Assembly (NCBI GenBank): GCA_049570475.1 | Contig: CP186953.1 | Location: 96,001 to 160,000 of the forward strand | DNA length: 64,000 nt | Direction: 5' to 3' | Origin: Candidatus Methanosuratincola verstraetei | Lineage (GTDB): Archaea > Thermoproteota > Methanomethylicia > Methanomethylicales > Methanomethylicaceae | Shown: one piece after another, positions 38,519-48,637 of the stretch | Layout of the letters: each line of letters begins with the position of its first letter | Position numbering within the stretch: position 1 is the stretch's first letter | Notes under the pieces: model-generated | Database searches by the model: none | Told to the model about the DNA's origin: nothing | Seen by the model: the letters and a program-made list of their open reading frames with translations, nothing else | Position numbers and translations under genes: made by a program

Positions 38519-38758
38519 ATGGATCACTGGAATCGAGGATTTCATTACAACTATCCCTGTTTTGTAATTTAAAATTGGTGAATGGATCATAAAGATGGGG
38601 ATAAGGAAAAAGATCCCCATCTTGCAGGGCAATTTTTCGAGCCCGGAATCAACTTTCAGATTATTGGCGCTGAGCATGTCAGTTTAGCGTCTGGATGAAG
38701 ATAGCTCAGCAAAGCAATTTCCGCCAGCCAGCCACGGCTTGCCATCCAATCGGCGGGA

Positions 38759-39616
38759 TCATCTCGTCGAGAGGACCAGCCCCATTATCACGAGGGCGGA
38801 CCCGATGAAGAATAATCCGTCAAGGCGCTCGCCCAGGAATATGAATGCAAATGCCGAGGCTATCACGGGGATCAGGAAGAGGTATGACCCGGCCTCTGAG
38901 GCTGTTGTCTCGGAGAGGGCCCTGTTCCAGAGCAGATACCCCACTGCAGAGGAGAAGACGCCGAGCATGACCAGCGAAAGCCAGGAAGAGGGGAGGATGG
39001 GGACTGCGAATCCCTCGATCGCCAGGGCAATGGGGGCAAGGAAGATCATCCCGAAGAGCGTGGAGTAGGCGGTGATCTCAATTGGGCTGCTCCTGAGGAG
39101 CCTCTTCTTCGTGTACAGGGAGTAGGCGACCCAGGAGAAGACCGAGCCGAGGCAGATCAGATCCCCGAGGAAAGAAGGGCTCCCGAATGAGGCGCCGTCC
39201 CTGAGCACCACCAGGACTACCCCAGAGAATGCGATGAGGATCCCCGATGCCTTGGCCTTGGAGAGCCTCTCGCCAAGGAGGATCCGGCTGAAGAGCGCTA
39301 TGAAGACTGGGTTCGAGGCGATTATGACGCTGGACTCGGAGGCGCTGGTGTACCCCATCCCGACGTTCTGGAAGAGGTGGTACAGCGTTACCCCAGTCAG
39401 ACCAAGGAAGAGGAGCGGCCCCCACTCCCTCTTTTCGATGCTTTGGGGCTGGCCCAGAGGGCGCCCCATCAGAAGGAAGAGCAGGGGGATCGCTATGGCG
39501 AACCTCAGGAATGCCAGCGTCACAGGCGGAACTTCCTCCAGGCCGATCTTCACGAATATGAAAGAAGTCCCCCAGAAGAAGACAGTGATGAGCAGGTATA
39601 GTGCGCTCTTCTTCAT
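38759..39616 (-). CDS. EamA/DMT-family transporter
   Basis: About 10 TM helices in two repeats; WG.SF, R, GE.L motifs. Confidence 0.9.
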   Translation of the reverse strand: MKKSALYLLITVFFWGTSFIFVKIGLEEVPPVTLAFLRFAIAIPLLFLLMGRPLGQPQSIEKREWGPLLFLGLTGVTLYHLFQNVGMGYTSASESSVIIASNPVFIALFSRILLGERLSKAKASGILIAFSGVVLVVLRDGASFGSPSFLGDLICLGSVFSWVAYSLYTKKRLLRSSPIEITAYSTLFGMIFLAPIALAIEGFAVPILPSSWLSLVMLGVFSSAVGYLLWNRALSETTASEAGSYLFLIPVIASAFAFIFLGERLDGLFFIGSALVIMGLVLSTR

Positions 39617-39771
39617 TAGCAAACACAGTGATGACTTGCAAGGATCAGCAAGATAGGCTTTTTGATGCCCCGCCCAGACCCGCTTCCGGCGAGGGTTCCG
39701 GGCGCTCCCGCCGATCGTGAAGCGATAGCCTTAAAAGCCGGCGCTGAACTTCAGAATGCTCTTTGCGGGTG

Positions 39772-40407
39772 ATGCGTATGGAAATTTTCAGCATAGTAGC
39801 CAAGGTGGTAGCGACATTCATCCTCGCACTCATATTCGGCATTCAGAGACAGCGCTCGTTCAAGCCCGCCGGGTTCGGGATCTACGTCTTCGTGGCGATG
39901 GCGGCTTGCGGGCTCTCGATAGTCGCGCTGGATGAGGTGCAGGAAGGCGCGGTGCCGCTCCTGGCCGCCATAGTGACCGCGACAGGCTTCCTCGGCGCGG
40001 GCGCGCTGATAAAGACCTCGAACAAGGTATTCGGGTTCACCACGGCTGCAAGCATCTGGTTCTTCGCATGCTTCGGCGTTATCATGGCATTGGGGGAGTA
40101 CGCGGTGGCCGGGACGCTCTATGCCCTCGTGCTAGCCTCGCTCGCCCTCGACAAGGCGCTCGACAGGAAGGGGATAGGCACCCAGGAGAAGGTCACCGTC
40201 TACACGAGCGAGATAGTCGACCCTTGCGAAGTAGAGGGGGAGATAGCCGAGTGCACCAAGAACTTCAGGTTCGAGGGCATAGAGGAGGACAAGGAGTCTG
40301 GGAGGATGGCGCTGACCTACACGATATACGGCAGGAAGGACTGCATACCCCTCCTTGCCAGCAGGCTCAGGAGCAAGAAGTGGTTCAATGCGCTGAAGGG
40401 GGAGTAG
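39772..40407 (+). CDS. MgtC/SapB family membrane protein with C-terminal ACT-like domain
   Basis: KPAG, AIVT..GFLGAG.LI, GFTTAASIW motifs; start uncertain (39763-39778). Confidence 0.85.
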   Translation: MRMEIFSIVAKVVATFILALIFGIQRQRSFKPAGFGIYVFVAMAACGLSIVALDEVQEGAVPLLAAIVTATGFLGAGALIKTSNKVFGFTTAASIWFFACFGVIMALGEYAVAGTLYALVLASLALDKALDRKGIGTQEKVTVYTSEIVDPCEVEGEIAECTKNFRFEGIEEDKESGRMALTYTIYGRKDCIPLLASRLRSKKWFNALKGE

Positions 40408-40577
40408 GCGGCGCCCTGCGACTGCACGAATCGGGGGCGGAGCAGGAGCGATCTGCAAAGGGCTACCCCCATTTCCCCATTGCCCATTAAAACTTTCCCG
40501 TTCGATTTACGCGCCCGCGGGGGGCGGCACCGGAAAACGTAAAACGAGAAATCTTGCAGGGCCTGGCTGCGTATTCG

Positions 40578-40958
40578 CTAGAAGATCCGTTTCACTTCGG
40601 GTATGCCATCAAAGTCTCTGTCATTTGAAATTACGGTGTTTATTCCGTGCTGCAGCATTGTGGAGAGGTGCACCCTGTCCTCGTAGTCTCTCGGCTTATC
40701 CAATACTTTGGCCAAGGCGAAAGTTTCTTTGGTCAGAGGCAGGAGGTCGACTTCAAGCTCCTCTAGCATTTCACAGACATTCTCCAGGTTTGTCAAGACG
40801 TGCAGCAGCCAGACGGAGAAGACGGAGGTTGCAAGCGCTCCAGAACGGTCTTCGATGTGCTGCTTGGCCTTGAGGCTGAACTCGTCGTGGGCGGTAAGGA
40901 AATAGTACAGCGCGTCCACATCAATGCAAATCTTCTCTGAGGATCTTCTCTGTGCCAT
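40578..40958 (-). CDS. vapC: VapC PIN-domain toxin
   Basis: IDVD, YED..H, ISNDRDFD; overlaps the upstream AbrB gene. Confidence 0.8.
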   Translation of the reverse strand: MAQRRSSEKICIDVDALYYFLTAHDEFSLKAKQHIEDRSGALATSVFSVWLLHVLTNLENVCEMLEELEVDLLPLTKETFALAKVLDKPRDYEDRVHLSTMLQHGINTVISNDRDFDGIPEVKRIF

Positions 40959-41166
40959 GCTTCAATGCCTCATCGATTTCTTCAGGGGTCCTATAGATCG
41001 GCCTACCCGCGACCCCATAGTACTTCTTGACTGCTGGCTTTATTGGAGAGAGGACGATATTCTCATTGTCCACATGTATTCTGAATTTTCTGTACCGTAG
41101 CCTCCCCCTTACCTCAGATGGGAGGTATATCCTGCCCTGCCCGTCTATTTCGACAATCTCTCCCAT
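40921..41166 (-). CDS. AbrB/MazE-family antitoxin
   Basis: VEIDGQGRIYLPSEVR motif. Confidence 0.85.
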   Translation of the reverse strand: MGEIVEIDGQGRIYLPSEVRGRLRYRKFRIHVDNENIVLSPIKPAVKKYYGVAGRPIYRTPEEIDEALKHGTEKILREDLH

Positions 41167-41431
41167 AATTTTCCACTCACATATTCCATTTTATAATGGT
41201 TTTGGAATAATTGCGGAAGGTTGCCTGGGCGCGCAGCAGCCCAAAGAAAGCCGCCTCAGCGATCTGGTCGGGCTTGGGATTCAAGCTGTGGCAATGTGGC
41301 AATCCATGAATTGGACTAATAGCTGCTGCAATATTTTTGGAATGGAAAGAGAAGAAAAGGAAAAAGATCGCTTCCAACAGCTGATCCAGTGCAAGCCTTC
41401 CCGTTTTATTCTTCCGCTCTAAAAGCCCTGG

Positions 41432-42886
41432 TCAGCCAGGGTAGATCCAGAATGCGCCAGTGATCAGGAACGGCATTATGCCGAGGGCGACGAGCGCCAA
41501 GACCATCGCGATCACCGGCAAAGCGAAAGAGATCCGATCCCGGGCGCCCGCGGACGCAGGGGTTTCCTCCCCGTACAGTATACGCCTCGCGGTCCAGAGC
41601 CCGTAGGCTGCCGAGACCACGGTGGACGCTGCTGCCAGCACGAGCACCCCCAGCCTGAATGGATCGATCCCGGCTGAGAGGAGGGAGGAGGCGAACCCGA
41701 AGAGTATGAAGAACTCCCCCCAGAAACCAAGCGTCGGCGGGATGCCCGCAAGGCTCAGGAAGGACAGGAGGAGCGATGAGGAGGTAATGGGCATCTTGCC
41801 AGCGAGCCCTCCCAGGTCATCAAGCGAGTCCGTCCCGAGGGAGCCCCGGTACTCCCCAGAGATGAGGAACAGCGCGGACTTCCCGAACCCGTGCGCGACC
41901 GCCCAGATCAGGACGCCGAGGAACCCCACATATGTAGCCGAAGCCACGCCGATGAGGACGTACCCTGCCTGGCTGATGCTCGAGTAGGAGAGCACCCTCC
42001 GGAGATCCCTCTGCCTGATCGCTGCGATCCCCCCGTAGATGATGTTGAAGAGACCGAAAGCAGCCAGCGCCCCTGAGACGCGTGGATCCGAAAGCGCGCC
42101 GGGCATGAAGGATCCGAAGATCCTTAGCAGCAGGTATGCGCCTACCGCTATGGTGGAAAACGAGAGGGCGGCCGCGAGCCTCGGCGGGGACTCGGAATAG
42201 GCGTCAGGGAGCCACCCGTGCGCCGGGAATACGGCGCTCTTGACGAAGACGCCGGCGATTATGAATGCAATCCCGAGCATCGCTCCAGGCGAGGCTGGCG
42301 TGCTGGAGGGAGCGGAAAGGGCGTCGAGTGTCCCGGTCGACCCCCACAGCATCAGGATCCCGGCGAGAAGCATCAGCGCCCCGAGCTCGGTGTAGATGAA
42401 GTACTTGATCGATGCCCTGCCCCTGCCTGGACCGCCCCACCACCCGATCGCGAGCCAGGAGGCGATGAGCGTCAGCTCGAGGAAGGCGAAGACCAGCACA
42501 AGGTTTGCCGAGAGGAAGAGGCCCGCAACGCCCGCGACATAGAGGAGGAAGAGCGCCTGGAACCCGCGCTGCGGCTTTGCCTCTCCCAAACAGCCGGAAA
42601 ATGAGACGAGCCCGGCTACCGCGAGGAGCGCGGCCAGGATCGGGGAGGAAAGCCCGTCTGCGAAGAGGGCGATCCTTCCCAGGAACGGCAGATCGGCGAT
42701 CACGAAGAAGCTCCCCCCGAGGGCGCCTGACAGGGCCAAGACCAGCCCGGAAACGGTCAGGAAGGCGCCAGAGAAGATCGCTGGGGCGCGCCTCCCCAGC
42801 CTCTCCAGCATTAATGCGATCGGCGAGGACGCCAAGAGGGCTACAATCAAGTAAAGTACAGCGGGGTTGCTCTGGAGTTCCATCAC
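41432..42886 (-). CDS. Hydrogenase antiporter-like subunit (NuoM/MrpD-like)
   Basis: F.ELTL, K...FP.HGWLPDA..E.P, YSSISQ.GY, GGL...MP, G.PP..GF.GE. Confidence 0.85.
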   Translation of the reverse strand: MMELQSNPAVLYLIVALLASSPIALMLERLGRRAPAIFSGAFLTVSGLVLALSGALGGSFFVIADLPFLGRIALFADGLSSPILAALLAVAGLVSFSGCLGEAKPQRGFQALFLLYVAGVAGLFLSANLVLVFAFLELTLIASWLAIGWWGGPGRGRASIKYFIYTELGALMLLAGILMLWGSTGTLDALSAPSSTPASPGAMLGIAFIIAGVFVKSAVFPAHGWLPDAYSESPPRLAAALSFSTIAVGAYLLLRIFGSFMPGALSDPRVSGALAAFGLFNIIYGGIAAIRQRDLRRVLSYSSISQAGYVLIGVASATYVGFLGVLIWAVAHGFGKSALFLISGEYRGSLGTDSLDDLGGLAGKMPITSSSLLLSFLSLAGIPPTLGFWGEFFILFGFASSLLSAGIDPFRLGVLVLAAASTVVSAAYGLWTARRILYGEETPASAGARDRISFALPVIAMVLALVALGIMPFLITGAFWIYPG

Positions 42887-44943
42887 GGCACCACCACCAA
42901 AAGGAGCATTGCCACGAGAAGGATCATCCCGGCGAGGGCTGCTATCAGGTTCTCATTGAGCCCCCCGGTGTGTGTCTTCTTGAGCCTCCCGACGATCCAC
43001 AGCAGCGAGGACTGGGCTGATCGCTCTGCTGACCGTAAGGCGCCCTCCTCGACCCGGTCCGCAATCCAGCCCCCCAGCCTGAACACAGGGTAGACGAATA
43101 GCGCATAGTAGGCCCTGTTGATGTACCACCTGTTCGCGAAGAAGGAGCCGATGCTCCTCAGGGGGCGCCAGGTGGGGATCCGCATGCCCCTCACGTAGAT
43201 CAGGTACGCTGGGACGGCCCCGATCACTATGAAGGCGAGGGAGGCGCCTGAGACCATGATCTGGGCTGCGGGATCCCCGAGGTGGATCTCGCCATGCACC
43301 CCAACCAGGGACCCGATGTATCCGCCGAGCAGCCTTGCAAGCCATTCCCGCTCGTACACGCCCAGGGCGCCCATGGCAATGGTAGCAGCCGAGAGGGCAA
43401 GGACGGGCAAGGACATCAGCGGCGAGGGGTCGCCCGCGTGGTGCCCATCCGCACCCCCGCCGTTGACCGCTGCAGCTGCAGGCGCAGATGGGGATCCGAA
43501 GAAGACCTTCCCGACCATCCTGACCGTGTAGAAGCATGTGATCGAGACAGTCGCGAGCGAGACCGCGAGCAGGGGGAGGCTGCCCGACTCGAGGACGGCC
43601 TCGAGGATCATGTCCTTGCTCCAGAAACCGCTGAACAGGATTGGGACACCCATGAGCGAGAGCGAGGGGATGAGGACCCCCAAGAACGTGAGAGGCATCC
43701 TTTTCCTCAGCCCGCCCATGTGATGCATGAAGCGGGACCCGGTGGCGTGAATGACAGCGCCGGCCGCAAGGAAGAGCGCGGCCTTGAAGACTGCATGGCT
43801 CATCAGGTGGAATATCCCTCCAGCGTACCCGATGTAGAACTCAGCCATTGTGCCTGCAACCCCCATCGCAAGCATCATGTACCCTATCTGGCTCACGGTG
43901 GAGTACGCGAGCACCTTCTTCAGCTCGGTCGAGACGGCTGCCTGTGTGGCTGAGACGAAAGCGGTGGCTGCCCCGACCCATGCGGCGATCTCGAAGAAGC
44001 GGATCAGACCGGGGTCTGCAGCCGCGGCTATGTAGAATATCGGGAAGACGCGGGCAACGAGATAGACCCCTGCCTTGACCATCGTCGCCGCATGTATCAG
44101 CGCGCTGACTGGCGCGGGCCCGGTCATCGCGTCAGGGAGCCACTCCATCAGCGGAAGCTGGGCGGACTTGCCTATCGCGCCGAACAGGATCAGGACCGAG
44201 GCAGGGAGCAGGAGGGGATGGGAGCCGCCCGATCCCACTCGCCCGGCGATCTCCAGGAAGGAGAAGGACCCGGTGGAGAGGGCGAGGAGGATCACCCCCG
44301 CAATCATGAGCACGTCGCCGAACCTGGTCATCAGGAAAGCCTTCATCCCGGCGTGCGAAGGCGGGTATGACTCGTTGCCCTCGCCGACCCACGTCGTCAG
44401 CCAGCTCTTCGGGTCCTTCGAGTCCCTGTACCAGTAGCCGATCAGGGCATAGGAGCAGAGGCCGACGCCCTCCCATCCGAAGAGCATCTGGACCAGGTTG
44501 TCGGACATCACGAGGAAGAGCATGCTGCCGACGAATGCGTCCATCAGGAACCAGAACCGAGTGGTGCTGGGCTCCTCCCCCATGTACCTGATCGAATAAA
44601 CCATGATCAGCGCACCGACCGCGGCTACGACGTTGGCGAGGATTATGCTTACCGGGTCCACGAGGATCCCGAAGGCTATTGCGGGAAACGGCAGATCCCC
44701 AGAAGAGCCAGCGAGCTCCACCCAGGGGGCCGTGAGCCTGATCGGGAAGTCAGCCCCGGGTATCCAGGTCGCCATTACCAGGGCGAGCGCGGCGGACGCC
44801 GCCACAGACGCTGCCCCGATGGACTCCATCGCCTTCCTGCTGATCTTGCCCAATGCCAGCACGATCAGGGCCCCAGCAAAAGGCACCAGCCAGCAGAGCC
44901 ATGCAGGCGCCAACCCTATCCAGTCACCTGAGAACACTGCCAC
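42883..44943 (-). CDS. Hydrogenase antiporter-like subunit (NuoL/MrpA-like, with long C-terminal helix)
   Basis: YS..YM, GWEGVGLCSY.LIG, KSAQLPL..WLPDAM.GP.PVSALIHAATMV, AYSTVSQ.GY, HA.FKA.LF, SKD.I. Confidence 0.92.
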   Translation of the reverse strand: MAVFSGDWIGLAPAWLCWLVPFAGALIVLALGKISRKAMESIGAASVAASAALALVMATWIPGADFPIRLTAPWVELAGSSGDLPFPAIAFGILVDPVSIILANVVAAVGALIMVYSIRYMGEEPSTTRFWFLMDAFVGSMLFLVMSDNLVQMLFGWEGVGLCSYALIGYWYRDSKDPKSWLTTWVGEGNESYPPSHAGMKAFLMTRFGDVLMIAGVILLALSTGSFSFLEIAGRVGSGGSHPLLLPASVLILFGAIGKSAQLPLMEWLPDAMTGPAPVSALIHAATMVKAGVYLVARVFPIFYIAAAADPGLIRFFEIAAWVGAATAFVSATQAAVSTELKKVLAYSTVSQIGYMMLAMGVAGTMAEFYIGYAGGIFHLMSHAVFKAALFLAAGAVIHATGSRFMHHMGGLRKRMPLTFLGVLIPSLSLMGVPILFSGFWSKDMILEAVLESGSLPLLAVSLATVSITCFYTVRMVGKVFFGSPSAPAAAAVNGGGADGHHAGDPSPLMSLPVLALSAATIAMGALGVYEREWLARLLGGYIGSLVGVHGEIHLGDPAAQIMVSGASLAFIVIGAVPAYLIYVRGMRIPTWRPLRSIGSFFANRWYINRAYYALFVYPVFRLGGWIADRVEEGALRSAERSAQSSLLWIVGRLKKTHTGGLNENLIAALAGMILLVAMLLLVVVP

Positions 44944-44944
44944 C

Positions 44945-46456
44945 TCACCGCACCCCCATCAGAGACCTGGAGATCGCCTCGAACACCGGAATGAGCCACG
45001 GCAGGGCGAAGGTCACGCCTATGCACATGATCGAAAGGATCACAACCGGAACCACCATCGAGGCAGGGGGCTCCCCAACGCTCTCCGGGACGGCTGCGGG
45101 CTTGAATGCGATCCGCTGGGCAAGCCAGGTGTAGTAGCCGGCTGCGATCAGGCTGTTCGCAAGCACCACGGCAAAGGCTGCAGCGAGGGCAGGGTCGCCA
45201 GCCGGAAGGAGCGCGGCCAGCGGCGCAAGAACCATCAGCTTGCTCCAGAAACCGCCCAATGGGGGGATCCCTGCGAGGCTGAGGAGCCCTATCGCCATCG
45301 CGCCACCGGACCATGGCATCCTCCTCGCGATCCCCTCGAGGGACTGGATCGACCTGGTCCCAGCCGAGTGGATCATCGATCCAGACGAGAGGAACAGGAG
45401 CGACTTGCCAAGCGCGTGGTTGAGGATGTGGAAGATCGCCCCAGCCATCGCGATGTACGCAAGCCCAGCATCGGCAGGGTGTGCCCCAGCTATCCGCGAA
45501 GCCGCGCCTCCTGCCATCAAGATCAGGCCCATGTTGGCGACGCTGCTGTAGGCGAAGAAGCGCTTTATGTCCTGCTGCGCGAATACCATCAGGTTACCGA
45601 TGGTCATCGTGGCAGCCCCCAAGATAATCAGCGGGACTGCGAATCCATACGATGCAAACCCGGTGAAGAGAACCCTGAATATGGCGTATATGCCGCCCTT
45701 GATCACCAGCCCAGAGAGGACTGCGCTGACCGGGCTCGGGGCTGCTGGGTGGGCGTCTGGGAGCCATGTGTGGAACGGGACTATTGCAGCCGTCACCCCG
45801 AACCCTGTGACGATCATTGCGAGCGGGAAGTACCCGACGATCCCTGCGCCCGATAGAGCCTCCGCTATCCCGGATATCTCGAGCGTCCCGGCGATCCCGT
45901 AGATGAGCGAGATCCCGTAGAGCGCCACCAGCGACCCGACGGTGCTCATCACCAGGTACTTGAAGCCGGCCTCAAGCGGCTCCCATTCGTGCTTCCTGAA
46001 TGCGACGAGCGCATAAGACGAGATGCACATGAGCTCCCAGAAGACGAAGAGGGTGAAGAGGTCTCCCGAGACGAAGACGCCGAGCAGCCCTGCGGTGAGA
46101 AGGAGCATCAGGGAGTAGTACCTGTTCTTCCCGCGGTCGTGCTCCATGTACCTGTAGGAGAAGGCGACCGAGAGAGAGGTGACCGCGACCGCAGTGAGGC
46201 AGAGGAAGGCCGACAGGGCGTCGAGGCGCAGGCAGGATCCGGCTGGCGGACCGTAAACCCCAAGCTGGTAAGACGCAGGCACCGAAGGGACCATCAATAC
46301 CAGGAAAGTCAGCGAAGCCAAGAGCGAAGCCAGCGAGACAAGCCACCTCACGGCGCCATACGATCTCCTCCTGTAAAGGGAAGATGTGGCAGTCAGGATC
46401 ACGGCGCCTGCCAGAGGGGGCAGCAACGGGAGGTAAACGGGAAGGTCGATCACCAC
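44945..46456 (-). CDS. Hydrogenase antiporter-like subunit (MrpD/MbhH/NuoN-like)
   Basis: DLF.LFVFWE...ISSY.LV, EA..KY, PFH.WLPDAHP.APSP.SA.LSG, KR..AYSS, G.PP..GF.SK. Confidence 0.88.
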   Translation of the reverse strand: MVIDLPVYLPLLPPLAGAVILTATSSLYRRRSYGAVRWLVSLASLLASLTFLVLMVPSVPASYQLGVYGPPAGSCLRLDALSAFLCLTAVAVTSLSVAFSYRYMEHDRGKNRYYSLMLLLTAGLLGVFVSGDLFTLFVFWELMCISSYALVAFRKHEWEPLEAGFKYLVMSTVGSLVALYGISLIYGIAGTLEISGIAEALSGAGIVGYFPLAMIVTGFGVTAAIVPFHTWLPDAHPAAPSPVSAVLSGLVIKGGIYAIFRVLFTGFASYGFAVPLIILGAATMTIGNLMVFAQQDIKRFFAYSSVANMGLILMAGGAASRIAGAHPADAGLAYIAMAGAIFHILNHALGKSLLFLSSGSMIHSAGTRSIQSLEGIARRMPWSGGAMAIGLLSLAGIPPLGGFWSKLMVLAPLAALLPAGDPALAAAFAVVLANSLIAAGYYTWLAQRIAFKPAAVPESVGEPPASMVVPVVILSIMCIGVTFALPWLIPVFEAISRSLMGVR

Positions 46457-46752
46457 TTCAGCCTCCTCAGCTCCCTGACATCCACGCTCCCGGTCTTGCG
46501 GTAGACCGCGATCACCATCGAGAGGGCGAGCGCGGCTATGGCTGCCCCAACCGAAATCGAGACTATCACGATGCTCGTGCCCAGCGGGTCGGATGCGCCC
46601 CCTGAGGATGCATACGACATGAAGTTGAGGTTCACTGCGGAGGTCATTATCTCGATCCCAAGGACGGTCTTTATCATGTTCCGCCTGGTCACGATGCAGT
46701 AGAGCCCTATGAAGAAGAGGGCCAATGCAGCAGCGCTGAATGCCTCACTCAT
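46450..46752 (-). CDS. NuoK/MrpC-like subunit
   Basis: GLY.I...RN.IK..LG.EIM..AVNL; three TM helices. Confidence 0.85.
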   Translation of the reverse strand: MSEAFSAAALALFFIGLYCIVTRRNMIKTVLGIEIMTSAVNLNFMSYASSGGASDPLGTSIVIVSISVGAAIAALALSMVIAVYRKTGSVDVRELRRLKW

Positions 46753-47080
46753 CCTCTCCCACCACGCTGTACTCCCTCAGCAAGGAGGTCACCGCGACAG
46801 CAGCAGCCACGATGATCACGCCCTGCGCCATCATATCGATCCCCCGGAAGTCCCAGAGGAAGCCCGGGTCGTCGTCGAATGGTGCGGCTGATTGCCACGG
46901 CGCGGATAGGGAGAAGGACTGGCTGAATGCTATGGCTAGGAGCGCCATCGCCGCGACAGCCGCCAGCATGCCGGCCCACCTTATCCAGCCGCGGGCGACC
47001 ATACCGGCATCATCGTCCCGGCTGCAGCGGCCCGCCTCCCCCGCCCGTTCCACCTCCCCTGCCTGCCCGTCCCCAGCCAT
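46745..47080 (-). CDS. MnhB/MbhE-like small membrane subunit (NuoJ C-half equivalent)
   Basis: LWDFRGIDMM.Q motif with two TM helices; ATG 47080 in TGATG overlap with the upstream stop. Confidence 0.75.
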   Translation of the reverse strand: MAGDGQAGEVERAGEAGRCSRDDDAGMVARGWIRWAGMLAAVAAMALLAIAFSQSFSLSAPWQSAAPFDDDPGFLWDFRGIDMMAQGVIIVAAAVAVTSLLREYSVVGEDE

Positions 47081-47316
47081 CAGTCGAGCCTCCTCCTCTT
47101 CATCACATGGATCATTGCCAGGAAGAGGATCGTCACCGCCCCGGCGTTTATGGCGATCTGGTAGGCCGAGGCGTATGCGGATCCAAGAAGGTAGAATGAT
47201 ACAGCGATAAGCAGGCTCATTGCAGAGAAGGCTATTGCCATCCTCACAAGGTCCGAGACGTGGACGGCTACAAGCGCGAATGCAACGATCATTGCAGCCA
47301 CAACCAAGTCTATCAT
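47080..47316 (-). CDS. NuoJ N-half / MbhD (DUF4040)-like three-TM subunit
   Basis: DL...AI.FS..S...A..FYLLG...A...Q....AGAV.ILF. Confidence 0.8.
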   Translation of the reverse strand: MIDLVVAAMIVAFALVAVHVSDLVRMAIAFSAMSLLIAVSFYLLGSAYASAYQIAINAGAVTILFLAMIHVMKRRRLD

Positions 47317-47319
47317 CGA

Positions 47320-47658
47320 TCACCTGACCTCCAGCGCCTTCCTGTCGAACACGGGTAGCTGAAGCTCGCTGCTCATGTATATAGCCTTCGTCGGGCAGCT
47401 CTCCTTGCACTGCCCGCAGAACATGCACCTGTCGAGGAAGAAGACGGGGCGCTTCCCCTTCTCGTCCTGGACGATCTGGATTGCAGCCGAGGGGCAGTCC
47501 TTCTCGCAGAGCGAGCAGCCGATGCAAAGCTCCCTCTTGAGCCCCACCCGGCCGCGGAATGACGGGTCAGCCTCGACCTTTCCTTCCCCAGTGAGAGAAT
47601 GCCTGCGTACCCGCTCTCGCTTGGCTTTCCTCTCCATTATGTCGCGGAGGACTGACAT
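47320..47658 (-). CDS. NuoI-like 2[4Fe-4S] ferredoxin subunit
   Basis: [15 protein letters not shown] and [12 protein letters not shown]; ATG 47658. Confidence 0.9.
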   Translation of the reverse strand: MSVLRDIMERKAKRERVRRHSLTGEGKVEADPSFRGRVGLKRELCIGCSLCEKDCPSAAIQIVQDEKGKRPVFFLDRCMFCGQCKESCPTKAIYMSSELQLPVFDRKALEVR

Positions 47659-48635
47659 CAGGCCAGCCTCCAAAGTATGGTAGCCGCGACCTGCGCGAGC
47701 GAGATGGGGACCAAGTAGCGCAACCCGAAAGAGACCATCTGGTCGATCCTGGCCCTCGCAAAGAGGCCCCTGATGAAAGCGAGAATCGCCACGACGAGGG
47801 CCAATTTGATCAGGAAGTACGCAGGGTAAACCAGCCACTCCAGGCCCGCGGGTGAAGGCCCAACCGGCCCCCCGAGGAAGAGGGCTACGGCTAAGCCGGA
47901 GACGAAGACCAGCTCCATGTCCTTCGCAAGCCTGATGAGGGCGAGCTTCCTACCCGAGTACTCTGTGAGCCACCCTGCGACTATCTCCTGCTCGGCCTCA
48001 GGTATGTCGAAGGGTATCCTCTCGAGCTCAGCCTGGGCGGCTACCAGGAATATGATGAATCCTATCGCCTGCGGCCCCAGCAAGGTCCACCCGTTTTCCG
48101 CCTGCCAGGACACGATCCCTGACAGGGAGAGAGACCCTGTGTGTATGCAGACCCCGGTAAGCGAGAGCATGAGCGGTATCTCAAACCCGAGCAGCTGGAG
48201 TACGGCCCTCTCTGCTCCAAGAAGCGAGAACCGGTCAGCGGAGGAGAAGCCGCCGAGGAATACCAGCATGCAGAAGAACGTCATCGAAACCAGGGCAAAC
48301 ACAACATCGCCCCTGAAGCTGACTAGCCCAGCTGATCCGGTCACGGGTACGACCGCCCAGAATGTGAAGATGAGGGCGACCATCATGATCGGCACGGCGC
48401 CGAATATCCGGCGATCTGCGTACGCCGGGGTGATGTCCTCCTTGCCCATGAGCTTGACGAAGTCGGCTAGAGGCTGCAGGATGCCCACCGGCCCAGCAAG
48501 GACGGGGCCAGCGCGGAATTGCATCCAGGCGTAGATCTTGCGGTCCAGCCATTCATAGAGGAATGAGACCGCTATCAGGAACAGGAAGCCAGGGAAGACG
48601 ATCGTCTGGAGGATCGGCAGGATCGCTGACCACAA
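47658..48635 (-). CDS. NuoH/HycD-like membrane anchor subunit
   Basis: DRK..A.MQ.R.GP, QP.AD..KL..KE, R.PFD.PEAEQE.VAG..TEYSG, R.R.DQ; TTG start 48635. Confidence 0.92.
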   Translation of the reverse strand: MWSAILPILQTIVFPGFLFLIAVSFLYEWLDRKIYAWMQFRAGPVLAGPVGILQPLADFVKLMGKEDITPAYADRRIFGAVPIMMVALIFTFWAVVPVTGSAGLVSFRGDVVFALVSMTFFCMLVFLGGFSSADRFSLLGAERAVLQLLGFEIPLMLSLTGVCIHTGSLSLSGIVSWQAENGWTLLGPQAIGFIIFLVAAQAELERIPFDIPEAEQEIVAGWLTEYSGRKLALIRLAKDMELVFVSGLAVALFLGGPVGPSPAGLEWLVYPAYFLIKLALVVAILAFIRGLFARARIDQMVSFGLRYLVPISLAQVAATILWRLA

Positions 48636-48637
48636 GC

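Noticed and set aside
39628-39680. Possible C/D box sRNA starting at GTGATGA
   Set aside because: No properly spaced CTGA D/D' boxes, and it overlaps the EamA promoter/start region
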